NCBI GenBank assembly: GCA_965209155.1
Contig: OZ242383.1
Location: 992,001-1,056,000 of the forward strand
DNA: 64,000 nucleotides
Source: a bacterium
GTDB taxonomy: Bacteria; SAR324; NAC60-12
Direction: 5' to 3'
Below are positions 31,130 to 40,618 of this stretch, in pieces; position 1 is the first letter of the stretch; every line of letters begins with the position of its first letter. Below the pieces are notes generated by a model that was not told the origin of the DNA, did not search any database, and saw only the letters and a list, made by a program, of their open reading frames with translations. A program made the position numbers and the translations under genes.

Positions 31130-32317
31130 TTAATCTGGCAGATTCAGCACGCGCTTGGCGATAATGTTCAGTTGCACTTCGGAGGTTCCGCCTTCAATGG
31201 AATTGGCTCTTGAGCGTAGCCATTCTCGGGTGATGCCCAATTCTTTCCTGGAAAAACCATCTCCGCTCCAACCCAGGCTTTGGGCTCCTAAACTGGAGAT
31301 GAGAATTTCATAACGCCTTTTGTTATGCTCCGTCCCATAAAGCTTCAACATGGCAGAAGCGGCTCCCGGCCCTTTCCCGGATTGGAGTTCCACCGTCGTC
31401 CGCTCCAGAGTCAGTTGGAAAGCCCGGGTATTCATATTGTGCTGAGCAATGCGATCTCGTAGCAGTGGATCCGAAATTTGTCCGTCTTGTTCCCCAAGAT
31501 ACTCTTTCGCTAATCCTTCCAGGGAATAGGTGACCCGCTCATTCCACATATCCGAAATCATGGCCCGTTCATGCTCCAACAATCTTTTGGCAATGCTCCA
31601 GCCCCCGTTCAGTTGGCCAACCAGGTTTCGCTTGGGAACTTTCAAATCGTCAAAAAACACTTCGCAAAATGGGGAGCTGCCGCTGATCAATTTGATGGGG
31701 CGGACTTCGACGCCAGGGTCATCCATATCAAAGAGCAGAAAACTAATTCCGCTTTGTTTTTTGGCATTCGGATCGGTACGGACCAGGCAAAAAATCCAAT
31801 CGGCATCTTTGGCATAAGAGGTCCAAATTTTTTGCCCGTTGACGAGGTAGTGATCCCCCATATCCTCTGCTTTGGTTTGCAATCCTGCTAAATCTGACCC
31901 GGCTCCCGGTTCGCTATAGCCTTGACACCAGCGGATTTCACCTCGTGTCATTTTCGGAAGGTGCTCCATTTTCTGCTGCTCATCCGCAAATTCCAGCATC
32001 GCCGGCCCCAACATCGAAATACCAGAACCCTCGCTGATCAGAGGAGAGCGGCATTTGAGGGCGGCCATTTCTTCTCTTAAAATTTTATACTCTGCTTTAT
32101 TTAAACCTCCACCCCCATATTTTTTCGGCCACAGGGGAGCCGTCCAACCTCGCTCAGCCATCCTCTCCAGCCAAATTTTCGAGTCAGGATTTTTAAAAGT
32201 GGCTTTTCGTCCTCCCCAAACCACTTCCTCTTCTGTGAGCGGGGTGCGCATCGAAGCAGGGCAATTTGCTTCCAACCATTCACGGGTTTCTGCACGAATT
32301 TTTTCAAGAGCTTCCAA
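31130..32317 (-). CDS. Acyl-CoA dehydrogenase (TTG start after AGGAGG)
   Basis: WCQGYSEPGAGSDLA, NGQKIWTS and SIEGGTSEVQ. Confidence 0.93.
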   Translation of the reverse strand: MEALEKIRAETREWLEANCPASMRTPLTEEEVVWGGRKATFKNPDSKIWLERMAERGWTAPLWPKKYGGGGLNKAEYKILREEMAALKCRSPLISEGSGISMLGPAMLEFADEQQKMEHLPKMTRGEIRWCQGYSEPGAGSDLAGLQTKAEDMGDHYLVNGQKIWTSYAKDADWIFCLVRTDPNAKKQSGISFLLFDMDDPGVEVRPIKLISGSSPFCEVFFDDLKVPKRNLVGQLNGGWSIAKRLLEHERAMISDMWNERVTYSLEGLAKEYLGEQDGQISDPLLRDRIAQHNMNTRAFQLTLERTTVELQSGKGPGAASAMLKLYGTEHNKRRYEILISSLGAQSLGWSGDGFSRKELGITREWLRSRANSIEGGTSEVQLNIIAKRVLNLPD

Positions 32318-32330
32318 GAGTCCTCCTTTG

Positions 32331-32480
32331 TTAGACGTTGTCAGCAAGGAATTGTTGCGCCCCATCCACGATCAGGTGTCGCAACTCGATCATGGCCATG
32401 AGGTCCGTGCGCAGCTTGCCGCCAGCGGTGTGGATGCGGTCCGCCACCTGGCGCTGCGCCTTGTTCGTTCTGAAGCGCAT
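32331..32480 (-). pseudogene. HpcH aldolase with its middle deleted (both ends kept)
   Basis: Matches 18980-19108 and 19705-19723 joined together. Confidence 0.92.
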
Positions 32481-32538
32481 GATGGGTTCCTTATCACATT
32501 GTGTTAAAACGAATTGCCCATGTCGGGAAGTCTGCGCA

Positions 32539-33435
32539 TCAGTCGATTTCAGGAGTCAATTGTTCTGTTCCGGCCTCGGCTGGCCCGTATATTTGCAATA
32601 CCGAGAAGTCGTCAGAGACCCGTGTTTCGTTGTGAAGGATTTTGTGCGATAGAAAGTAAGTGTCTCCCTCTTTGAAGGTTAATGTCCCTTCTATCCCTTC
32701 AATCACCAAATCGATCCACCCCGATAGGACATAGTTGAATTGAAAGTCATAGTCATGACGGTGCATCCCAGTCGTACCTTGAGGGGTATGTACGTCTTTA
32801 TTGACTTTGATGATCTCCCCGTGGAAGTTTCCCCCTGTTGCTTCTGCGAGGCCAAGGTCGGCATATAATCCAGACCTGCGAAGGCCCGGTCCAAATTTGC
32901 GATCCTTAGCATAGGTGAAGGCCGGTTTTTGCTTGTTCCAGCCTGTCAGTCGTTGTTCACTCATTTTTGATTGCTTTTTGGCCCAATCTTCGGACACCTC
33001 ACCACCCCCAATTCCCTGATCTATTTGCTCTGTTTTGGCCTTGGCTGGCCCATATATTTGCAAGTACTGGAAGTCGTCAGAGACCCGGGTTTCGTTGTGA
33101 AGGGCCCTGGACGGTATAAGGAAGGTGTCGCCTGCCCTTAAGGTTGTTTTCTCTTCCCCTTCAATCACCAAATCGATCTCCCCCGCCAGGACATAGTCAA
33201 ATTGCAAATCATAATGATGACGGTGCATACCTGTTGTCAATTTTTCTTTATCTTGATCTACATTTTCTGGATTATTTTTGCCAATCTCACCGTGAAATTG
33301 ACCTCCTGTTGCTTCTGCGAGGCCAAGGTCGGCATATAATCCGCCTTTACGGAGGCCCGGTCCAAATTTGCGATCCTTAGCATAGGTGAAGGCCGGTTTT
33401 TGCTTGTTCCAGCCTGTCAGTCGTTGTTCACTCAT
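32539..33435 (-). CDS. Tandem two-domain cupin
   Basis: MSEQRLTGWNKQKPAFTYAKDRKFGPGLR occurs twice, with two HRH...HNE motifs. Confidence 0.88.
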   Translation of the reverse strand: MSEQRLTGWNKQKPAFTYAKDRKFGPGLRKGGLYADLGLAEATGGQFHGEIGKNNPENVDQDKEKLTTGMHRHHYDLQFDYVLAGEIDLVIEGEEKTTLRAGDTFLIPSRALHNETRVSDDFQYLQIYGPAKAKTEQIDQGIGGGEVSEDWAKKQSKMSEQRLTGWNKQKPAFTYAKDRKFGPGLRRSGLYADLGLAEATGGNFHGEIIKVNKDVHTPQGTTGMHRHDYDFQFNYVLSGWIDLVIEGIEGTLTFKEGDTYFLSHKILHNETRVSDDFSVLQIYGPAEAGTEQLTPEID

Positions 33436-33520
33436 TTTTGATCTCCTTTGATTAAGTTAAGCTTTGAGAGAGGCGACAGCCAGTGGTTCTGTCATTCGAC
33501 CCAGCCCGTTTCTCGTCAAT

Positions 33521-34285
33521 TCACGTGATCGACTGGAATCCATCGACGGTAATTGCCTGGCCCGTGATAAAGTTCGGCTCGGCACTCGCCAGAAACGCAA
33601 CCACCTCGCCGATGTCTTCGGGCGTACCAAAGCGCCCAAGGCTAATCCCTTCCGGAACCTTATTAGCTAAAGCCTGGGCAGTCAGCTCAGTTTTGATGGT
33701 GCCCGGACATATCACATTCACCGTGATGGAAGGTCCTAGTTCTTTCGCAAGGGAACGCGTCATACCCAGTAGGCCCGCCTTCGAAGCTGCGTAGGCAAGC
33801 TTGCTGACTGTACCACCGCTGAAGGCGGCTATAGACGAAATAAAAATAATTCGACCAGAACCTCGATCTTGCATCGATGGAACAACCGCTCTCGACCAGT
33901 TGAAACACCCTTTCAGGTTCACATCAATCGTACGATCCCACTCGGATTCACTAATTTCCAGTAAGCCTTTCGAACTCCCGATCCCCGCGTTATTGACAAG
34001 GACACTGATCGACTCGTAACGCTCTAGAATGTCATCCGTCACTTCTTCAGCTTTTTCAAAGTTGCTGACGTCGGCAACGAAGGACTCAGCCCGAACGCCT
34101 GTCGCACGAAGTTTACCAGTCGCCTCTTTTAGTTCGGCTTCGAGAACATCGACAAGCGCAAGATTGAAACCTTTGGCAGCGAGCGCCATGGCGCAACCAA
34201 GGCCTATCCCTCTGGCGCCGCCCGTTACCACAGCAACGGAACCGGCATCCTCTTTTACAGTCATAAAATCCTCCTTTGTAGTCAT
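33521..34285 (-). CDS. SDR1 (FabG-like), intact (copy E)
   Basis: TGGARGIG, NNAG and YAASK; start at 34285 or 34264. Confidence 0.92.
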   Translation of the reverse strand: MTTKEDFMTVKEDAGSVAVVTGGARGIGLGCAMALAAKGFNLALVDVLEAELKEATGKLRATGVRAESFVADVSNFEKAEEVTDDILERYESISVLVNNAGIGSSKGLLEISESEWDRTIDVNLKGCFNWSRAVVPSMQDRGSGRIIFISSIAAFSGGTVSKLAYAASKAGLLGMTRSLAKELGPSITVNVICPGTIKTELTAQALANKVPEGISLGRFGTPEDIGEVVAFLASAEPNFITGQAITVDGFQSIT

Positions 34286-34332
34286 AAATTTTGCCGCGAC
34301 AAGAACTAGAACTCTGTCAATTTTAATTTGAC

Positions 34333-34404
34333 GGTAGGGCCGGGTGACGTCCCGGCCTAAGAAACGCCACGCTCGCATTGGCCGGGACGTCACCCGGCCC
34401 TACC
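34333..34404. repeat. REPIN-like GTAG palindrome
   Basis: Same as 26033-26104. Confidence 0.85.
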
Positions 34405-34418
34405 ATTAACCCGTCATT

Positions 34419-35489
34419 TTAAATTTGACGGTGTACTAGAACCAGACTTTCAGTTTGCGGTTTGCCAGTTGTTTCCAGATCCAAGTTTATCGCTTGGCCT
34501 GAATAGGAGGACTCATGCAGCGCTTCGAGGACCGCGGTATTTCGCAGGCCATCTTCTGCTGGGAATTCGGGGGTCTTGCCTGTGAGGACGCACTCCGAGA
34601 ATTCGTCTAACTGAACGGTGAACCGATTAGGTGCTGGCGTGGCGATGGTTTGTTCATTTTGGCCATCAACTCCTTTCATGATGAGGGGACCGGAATCCTC
34701 AAACATTGACGGAATCTCGATCCTTCCTTCACGTCCGTCGATCGAAATCTGAAAACGAAAGGATGAGTGTTCCAGGCTGCTTGTTACATTGGCGATTGCC
34801 CCACTGGCAAACTCCATCATTCCACAGAATGTTGTGTCGACGCCCCAGTCACCGGAATCGTAACCAACCCCACGGACACGGATTGGTTCCGCAGAAAGAA
34901 CGAATCGTGCCGCATACACTGCGTAACTGCCGACCTCCCGCAACGCACCGTGTTCAAGCTCAGCCGAATATCGAATGGATTCCTGATCGGCCTGGCTGGT
35001 TCGGTGGCTGCAGCCAACAGCATCTATCGTGACAACCTTGCCAATTGTGCCATCAGCAATAAGTGCTCGCGCCTTTCTCAAGTGCGGGTTCCATCGATGC
35101 GTGAAAGCCTCCACAAGCACAACATTGTTCCTATGGGCGGCATCGATCATTCGTTGGCAATCTTTCGCTGATGCGGCCAGTGGCTTTTCGCACAAAATAT
35201 GTTTTCCGGCTTCTGCCGCCTTGACAGTCCATTCACAGTGCATGCTGATCGGCAGTGGAATGATCACAGCGTCTATCTCAGGGTCGGCTAGTTGATCTTC
35301 ATAGGACCCATACCATCGATTGATTCCGTGTTCACCTGCCGCGGCTTTAGCCTTGGAAGCCGTTCGTGATGAGATTGAAACAATTTCTGAGTTTTTCGAT
35401 TCGAGCGAGGCAGGAAGGTGGGCCTTCATGCCAATCTGTGAAGTCGAAATAAGACCATACCGAACAATTTTCTTTCTCATGTCTTTCAC
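34419..35489 (-). CDS. Gfo/Idh/MocA oxidoreductase (copy E)
   Basis: Paralog of 26136-27188 with scattered substitutions and a 1-bp shift in the last codons. Confidence 0.92.
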   Translation of the reverse strand: MKDMRKKIVRYGLISTSQIGMKAHLPASLESKNSEIVSISSRTASKAKAAAGEHGINRWYGSYEDQLADPEIDAVIIPLPISMHCEWTVKAAEAGKHILCEKPLAASAKDCQRMIDAAHRNNVVLVEAFTHRWNPHLRKARALIADGTIGKVVTIDAVGCSHRTSQADQESIRYSAELEHGALREVGSYAVYAARFVLSAEPIRVRGVGYDSGDWGVDTTFCGMMEFASGAIANVTSSLEHSSFRFQISIDGREGRIEIPSMFEDSGPLIMKGVDGQNEQTIATPAPNRFTVQLDEFSECVLTGKTPEFPAEDGLRNTAVLEALHESSYSGQAINLDLETTGKPQTESLVLVHRQI

Positions 35490-35542
35490 CTATCCAGCGC
35501 GTTTTCAATTGGGTGGTTCTCGTCGTCAAATTACGTCACCTC

Positions 35543-36289
35543 TCAATAACTCCCTGGCGCCACATGCGCAGTGACCAGGTTGCTACCGCCATCAACATCG
35601 AGTATCGACCCGGTGATAAACGATGCTTCGTCGGAGGCGAGATAGGCGATCACGTTGGCAATTTCCTCCGGCCGACCGAACCGCCCTATCGGCAGGCGAG
35701 CCGAGACACTGGCCTCCACCGCTGCCGGGTCGCCAGTTTTTGCTATTGCGCCACGAACAAAGGGCGTCAACGTGGAACCCGGACAGACCGCATTCACCCG
35801 AACGCCTTGGCGAGCGTACTGCAACGCCATTTGCCTGGTAAGTCCGATCACACCGGCTTTGTTGGCGCAGTAGGCGGCGCGGTTCGGAAGTGGATTCAGC
35901 CCGGCCACGGAGGCGATATTGACGATGGCGCCGGATGCCTGTTTGAGAATGTGGGGAAGAGCGAACTTGCACCCGAGGAAGACAGCGGTCAGGTTTACCG
36001 CCATCATTCGATCCCATTCTTCGATGGTGGTGTTAACGACGTCCTTCTCGACTCGAATACCGGCATTGTTGACTAAAACATCAATCCGACCGGTTTCACT
36101 CACTGCTCGTTCGACCAGCCCCCTTACCGCATCGGGATCGGTCACGTCGCAGATGACTTCGATGAAGTCGTGTGGTGTTTCATCAAAAGCCAGGTCTGTG
36201 CCGTAGACTCGGTCTCCGAGGTCCATGAATTTCCGGGCAGTCGCTTCGCCGATGCCGCCTCGCGCGCCAGTCACGATTACTGTTCTCAT
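35543..36289 (-). CDS. SDR2 (copy E allele)
   Basis: TGARGGIG, NNAG and YCANK. Confidence 0.92.
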   Translation of the reverse strand: MRTVIVTGARGGIGEATARKFMDLGDRVYGTDLAFDETPHDFIEVICDVTDPDAVRGLVERAVSETGRIDVLVNNAGIRVEKDVVNTTIEEWDRMMAVNLTAVFLGCKFALPHILKQASGAIVNIASVAGLNPLPNRAAYCANKAGVIGLTRQMALQYARQGVRVNAVCPGSTLTPFVRGAIAKTGDPAAVEASVSARLPIGRFGRPEEIANVIAYLASDEASFITGSILDVDGGSNLVTAHVAPGSY

Positions 36290-36290
36290 C

Positions 36291-36479
36291 TTACATTTCC
36301 TTCCAATCCGTTCCTTCCTGAAACCCATGGGCAGCACGGTAAATGGTGGATTCGTCAAAATGCTTTTCAATGAGCATTAAACTTATCGGGAGGTCCTCTG
36401 ACTTCCCACAAGGAATGGCCATTGCCGGGTGGTGAGTGAGATTAATTTTTACTTTCCTGAAAAAAGTTTACAAAATTTC
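36291..36479 (-). pseudogene. Amidase reduced to its leader plus last ~50 codons
   Basis: 36291-36444 matches 42228-42382; 36445-36479 matches about 43748-43782. Confidence 0.9.
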
Positions 36480-36516
36480 ATCCTCTTTAACTTTGAATTG
36501 CTCCTGACGACCTAAG

Positions 36517-37218
36517 CTAAATCACCAGCAATCGGATCGTATACCCCGTCATTACAAGCCAGAATAGGATATTGTATGCTTGTGCGCCGATTTTTTTGTT
36601 CACAAAGCGGCCTGCGAAGACAGCGAAGGGCATGATAAGAAAAGTTCCTATCAGAATGCTCCAGGGGATGTCTTTAAAAAACGATCCATTGATAAAGACA
36701 GCTGCCTTGGTGGTGTCTCCGGCCAATGATACGACGGAGGCGGCCCCTACAAAATAGAATCGGTCTAGATTGAGATTCCGTAAAGACACTCCTTTGAGGG
36801 GGCCAGAGGTTCCTGAAAAACCGGAAGTGGCTCCCGCAAAAAAAGCAAATAGGAGTGACGAACCTCGCTTGACCGTGTTCCACTCTTTGAATTCAACAAA
36901 GAATGTAAAAATGAATATGGCGATGACCCCTAGATGAACCCATTGTTCGGGTGCATCCACCAGGAGCTTTGCGCCGAGGCCTGCCCCCAAAATTGTCAAC
37001 AATACGACCCCAGCGGCGGCTTTAACCGGAATCGTCCGATAATAGGCGATCACTTTGAAGATATTGTTGCAGGCAAGTAGGAGCGAGGCTAGTGCAATGC
37101 CTTGCTTTGTGCCAAAAAACATAGCTATTGAAGGAACCAGAATCAAAGATCCCCCCAGCCCTGCTGATGCAGATAGCATGAAGGACAAGGCCGCAAAAAT
37201 GAATATCAGGATCATCAT
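36517..37218 (-). CDS. TauE/SafE (DUF81) family membrane exporter
   Basis: Hydrophobic protein with GLGGSLILVP and GATSGFSGTSGP. Confidence 0.85.
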   Translation of the reverse strand: MMILIFIFAALSFMLSASAGLGGSLILVPSIAMFFGTKQGIALASLLLACNNIFKVIAYYRTIPVKAAAGVVLLTILGAGLGAKLLVDAPEQWVHLGVIAIFIFTFFVEFKEWNTVKRGSSLLFAFFAGATSGFSGTSGPLKGVSLRNLNLDRFYFVGAASVVSLAGDTTKAAVFINGSFFKDIPWSILIGTFLIMPFAVFAGRFVNKKIGAQAYNILFWLVMTGYTIRLLVI

Positions 37219-37219
37219 A

Positions 37220-40200
37220 TCAAACTTTACCGACCAATGCCCCTGAACCTCCTGCCTGTACGGCTTCATTGAATGCCACAACATCCTCATCCAAGACCTG
37301 ATTGAGTTTGGAAAGCTGCTCATCAATCAATGCGGTTAAATGCGCAAAAACTTCTTTTGCACCCTGGGTTGGCTCGAAATCTGCGCTAGCAACCGCTGGG
37401 ATGAGTTCTGCGAGTTTTGCTGCCAATCGAGATCCATGGTTGAAATATTTCGTATAGCTATACGATCCGGGATACATGAGAGTTTCTTCAATCTCGTACA
37501 ACTTTTGCTGAAGAGCTTTTCCACTTGCCTGCACCTCTTCTGCTTCAACTCGCTTCAACCAACCCTCAATTTGAGTCTTCAAATCTCGAATACGATTGAT
37601 TGCTTCATAGACCTCAGTGCGTTTATCCCGAATGGCCAAGAGCAATTCGAGTTGGGCGTTAAAATGGTCTGCACTGGTGGTGGTGCGGGGGTCTTGAAAA
37701 ACATTGAATGATTGCGTTTGACTATGATCCCCCAAGGTCAATTGGACTTGGTAAGTTCCGGGAATGGTATATGGTCCAAAATTCAAGGTTTCGAGCAATG
37801 GTCCTTGTTTTATCAATTCGCCATCCAAATCCACCCCATTGGCATAGCGCATGTTCCAGATAAATCGATTCATGCCTGGGTTTGCGGGTGCATACAGCTT
37901 CTCTTCCTCATGAGTTTTGTCTTTTTTGACTTCAGAATTTTTTTCTTTGGATATCGATTCCTCCTCTTCAGGTTTGCTCTCAAAGGAAGCAATCTCTTTT
38001 CCATCTTTGTCCAGAAAAGCCAATTTTAAGGGTTCTGCTGGTTTCTCTTTTAAGGCATACGTCACGATCAAACCATCGGGAGGATTTTCCCCAGCGTCGA
38101 CAAATCGCCGTTCGGAAGCCCCTTCCGGAGATTTCTCCATGAAGTGGGTCAGTATTTCATATGTAGAATCGACACTATAATTCCTCCCTGGTAATCCACT
38201 GAAGGCATCATAAAACAAACTAAATGTGGGGCGCACCGTGTCTTTGGGTTTGAAGAGATGGGCCTTTGCTGCCACAACTTCTTTGGTCAACTGGTGTAAG
38301 GGGGTCAAGTCGTCTAAGATCCAAATGGATCGACCGTGTGTCGCAACAATTAGATTGTTCTCTTTAATGAGTATGTCGTAAACAGGACTGACCGGCAAAT
38401 TGAGTTGGAACGCATCCCAATTGGCCCCGTCATCAAATGAAATATACAAACCGGTCTCTGTGCCCGCATACAGCAATCCAGGGCATTGGGGATCAGCTCG
38501 AATCATTCGAGTGAAATCATTGTCAGGAATCCCCGAATTGATCCTTTGCCAGGTTTTCCCATAATCGTTCGTTTTGTAAAGATAAGGCTGGGGATCGTCG
38601 AGTTTGTAACGGGTCGCAGCGACATAAACTGTGGCGGCATCAGTGGGAGAAGGTTCAATGATACTAATCATCGCAGGAACAGGTATATCTGGGGGGGTGA
38701 CGTCCTCCCAGGTTTTCCCGTCATCTTGTGAGAGATGAATCAAGCCATCGTCGCTCCCTGCCCAGAGCACGCCTGCTTCATGGGGAGATTCAATGAATGT
38801 GAACACAGTGGCATACGTTTCTGCCCCCAGCGAATCCCGATTGATGGGGCCGCCCGTAATCTTCAGAGTCTCTGGATCTGCCCGAGATAAATCAGGGCTG
38901 ATGGTTTCCCAAGTTTGACCTTCGTCCTTGCTACGGAAAACATGGTTTCCTCCCACATAAAGGATATTGGGATCGTGGGGAGACAAAACAATTGGATAGG
39001 TCCAATTGAATCGGTATTTTTCGGACTCTGCCCCGTGCCCAAAAGTGAGTTCCGGCCAATTGGCAATAAGCCGGATTTGCTTGGTTCGGCGATCATACCT
39101 TTGCAAAGAATTTCCTCCTCCCTGTGAACTGCCTATAGCCCCAACGTAGACAATGTTAGGGTCCTCAGGATGCGCAGCAATGTAGCCACTCTCTCCAGTT
39201 CCCGCTTGGTAGCCGGCAGACCAGGGGATTGCTTTTCGCTCACGCCCACTGCTTGGAATCGCGAAACTGGTATTGTCTTGTTGAGTGCCATAAACATGGA
39301 AGGGATACTGATTGTCGGTGGCAATGTGGTAAATCTGGGCGGTTGGTTGGTTGAAGGTGTTGCTCCAACTGTCGCCCCCATTGAGAGACACACAAGCCCC
39401 CCCATCGTTGCCTTGGATCATTCGTTTTGCGTTGTTGGGATCAATCCACAAGGCATGATTGTCTGGATGAGGGGTACTGAGTTGAGTGAAATTTTGCCCT
39501 CCATCAATAGATTTCCAAAGACTGAAACAATTGACGTAGACGGTGTCTGCATCTTGAGTACAGGCCGTCAAATGGATGTAATACCAAGCCCTCCCATAAA
39601 GGTATCCATTGTCACTGACCTGCTTCCAGGAATCTCCATAATCTTCAGAGCGGTACAAACCGGGGTTGTTTTCTGCTTCCAACAATGCCCAAACACGGCC
39701 TGGTTTTACTGGAGAAACCGCCACTCCCAGTTTTCCCAAAACCCCTTTAGGAAGTCCTTTGTTCAGGCTGATTTCTTCCCAAGTGTCGCCCCCGTCCATC
39801 GAACGGTATAGCCCACTGTCTGGCCCTCCACTCGAAATTTGCCAAAAACTTCGGTAGGCCTCCCAGATCGTGGCATAAAGAATCCGTGGATTGTTCACAT
39901 CAATGCTAATATCCACTGCTCCGGCTTTCTCACTTTTAGACAGGACTTTTTTCCAGGTTTTTCCTCCATCCATCGAAAGGAAAACACCGCGTTCTTCGTT
40001 GGTGCCAAATGCATGACCCAGGGCAGCCACATAGACAATATCGGGGTTTTCAGGGTGAATCACAATCTTTCCGATATGACGGGTGTCTTCCAACCCCATG
40101 TGCTGCCAACTTCGCCCAGCATCTGTACTCTTGTAAACGCCATCTCCGTGAGAAACATCGGTGCGGATAGTGGTCTCTCCCATTCCGGCATAAATGACAT

Positions 40201-40435
40201 TGGGATCTGCTTCAGAAACCGCCAAAGCTCCTACAGAACTGGTTTTGAAATAGCCATCCGAAACACATTCCCAGTAAATCCCAGCATCGGTGGTCTTCCA
40301 AACCCCTCCCGCACAAGCACCAAAGTAAAAAGTTGCCAGGTCCGATGAATCCCCGGCGACTGTCACGACCCGTCCCCCTCGAAACGGACCAATGCAACGA
40401 CATTTGAGTAGATTGTCTAAATTGTACTTTGGCAT
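37220..40435 (-). CDS. Large BNR/sortilin-like propeller (glycosyl hydrolase-like) protein
   Basis: IGPFRGGR, GGVWKTTDAG and many SxDxGxxW repeats. Confidence 0.88.
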   Translation of the reverse strand: MPKYNLDNLLKCRCIGPFRGGRVVTVAGDSSDLATFYFGACAGGVWKTTDAGIYWECVSDGYFKTSSVGALAVSEADPNVIYAGMGETTIRTDVSHGDGVYKSTDAGRSWQHMGLEDTRHIGKIVIHPENPDIVYVAALGHAFGTNEERGVFLSMDGGKTWKKVLSKSEKAGAVDISIDVNNPRILYATIWEAYRSFWQISSGGPDSGLYRSMDGGDTWEEISLNKGLPKGVLGKLGVAVSPVKPGRVWALLEAENNPGLYRSEDYGDSWKQVSDNGYLYGRAWYYIHLTACTQDADTVYVNCFSLWKSIDGGQNFTQLSTPHPDNHALWIDPNNAKRMIQGNDGGACVSLNGGDSWSNTFNQPTAQIYHIATDNQYPFHVYGTQQDNTSFAIPSSGRERKAIPWSAGYQAGTGESGYIAAHPEDPNIVYVGAIGSSQGGGNSLQRYDRRTKQIRLIANWPELTFGHGAESEKYRFNWTYPIVLSPHDPNILYVGGNHVFRSKDEGQTWETISPDLSRADPETLKITGGPINRDSLGAETYATVFTFIESPHEAGVLWAGSDDGLIHLSQDDGKTWEDVTPPDIPVPAMISIIEPSPTDAATVYVAATRYKLDDPQPYLYKTNDYGKTWQRINSGIPDNDFTRMIRADPQCPGLLYAGTETGLYISFDDGANWDAFQLNLPVSPVYDILIKENNLIVATHGRSIWILDDLTPLHQLTKEVVAAKAHLFKPKDTVRPTFSLFYDAFSGLPGRNYSVDSTYEILTHFMEKSPEGASERRFVDAGENPPDGLIVTYALKEKPAEPLKLAFLDKDGKEIASFESKPEEEESISKEKNSEVKKDKTHEEEKLYAPANPGMNRFIWNMRYANGVDLDGELIKQGPLLETLNFGPYTIPGTYQVQLTLGDHSQTQSFNVFQDPRTTTSADHFNAQLELLLAIRDKRTEVYEAINRIRDLKTQIEGWLKRVEAEEVQASGKALQQKLYEIEETLMYPGSYSYTKYFNHGSRLAAKLAELIPAVASADFEPTQGAKEVFAHLTALIDEQLSKLNQVLDEDVVAFNEAVQAGGSGALVGKV

Positions 40436-40532
40436 GCAAATCTCCTTTGATACTAACAAGTTTGTGAATTATTTTTGTGCCTCATGCATGGGTACACATG
40501 AGGAAGTTGATACTTTCCTGACGAAATTTTTC

Positions 40533-40607
40533 AATTTCCGGGCGGTCGCTTCGCCGATGCCGCCTCGCGCGCCAGTCACGATTACTGTTCTCATCTTACA
40601 TTTCCTT
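40533..40607 (-). pseudogene. SDR2 5'-end remnant
   Basis: Matches 36228-36302. Confidence 0.9.
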
Positions 40608-40618
40608 TTTGAATCTCT

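Noticed and set aside
34286..34393. N-terminal extension of SDR1 in the ORF track (also 25986-26093)
   Set aside because: Read-through of the REPIN palindrome; the real start is near 34285
3349..36479. Pure MDA or assembly chimera
   Set aside because: Copies are co-oriented, colinear and carry distinct amino-acid alleles, which fits real divergence better; not fully excluded without reads
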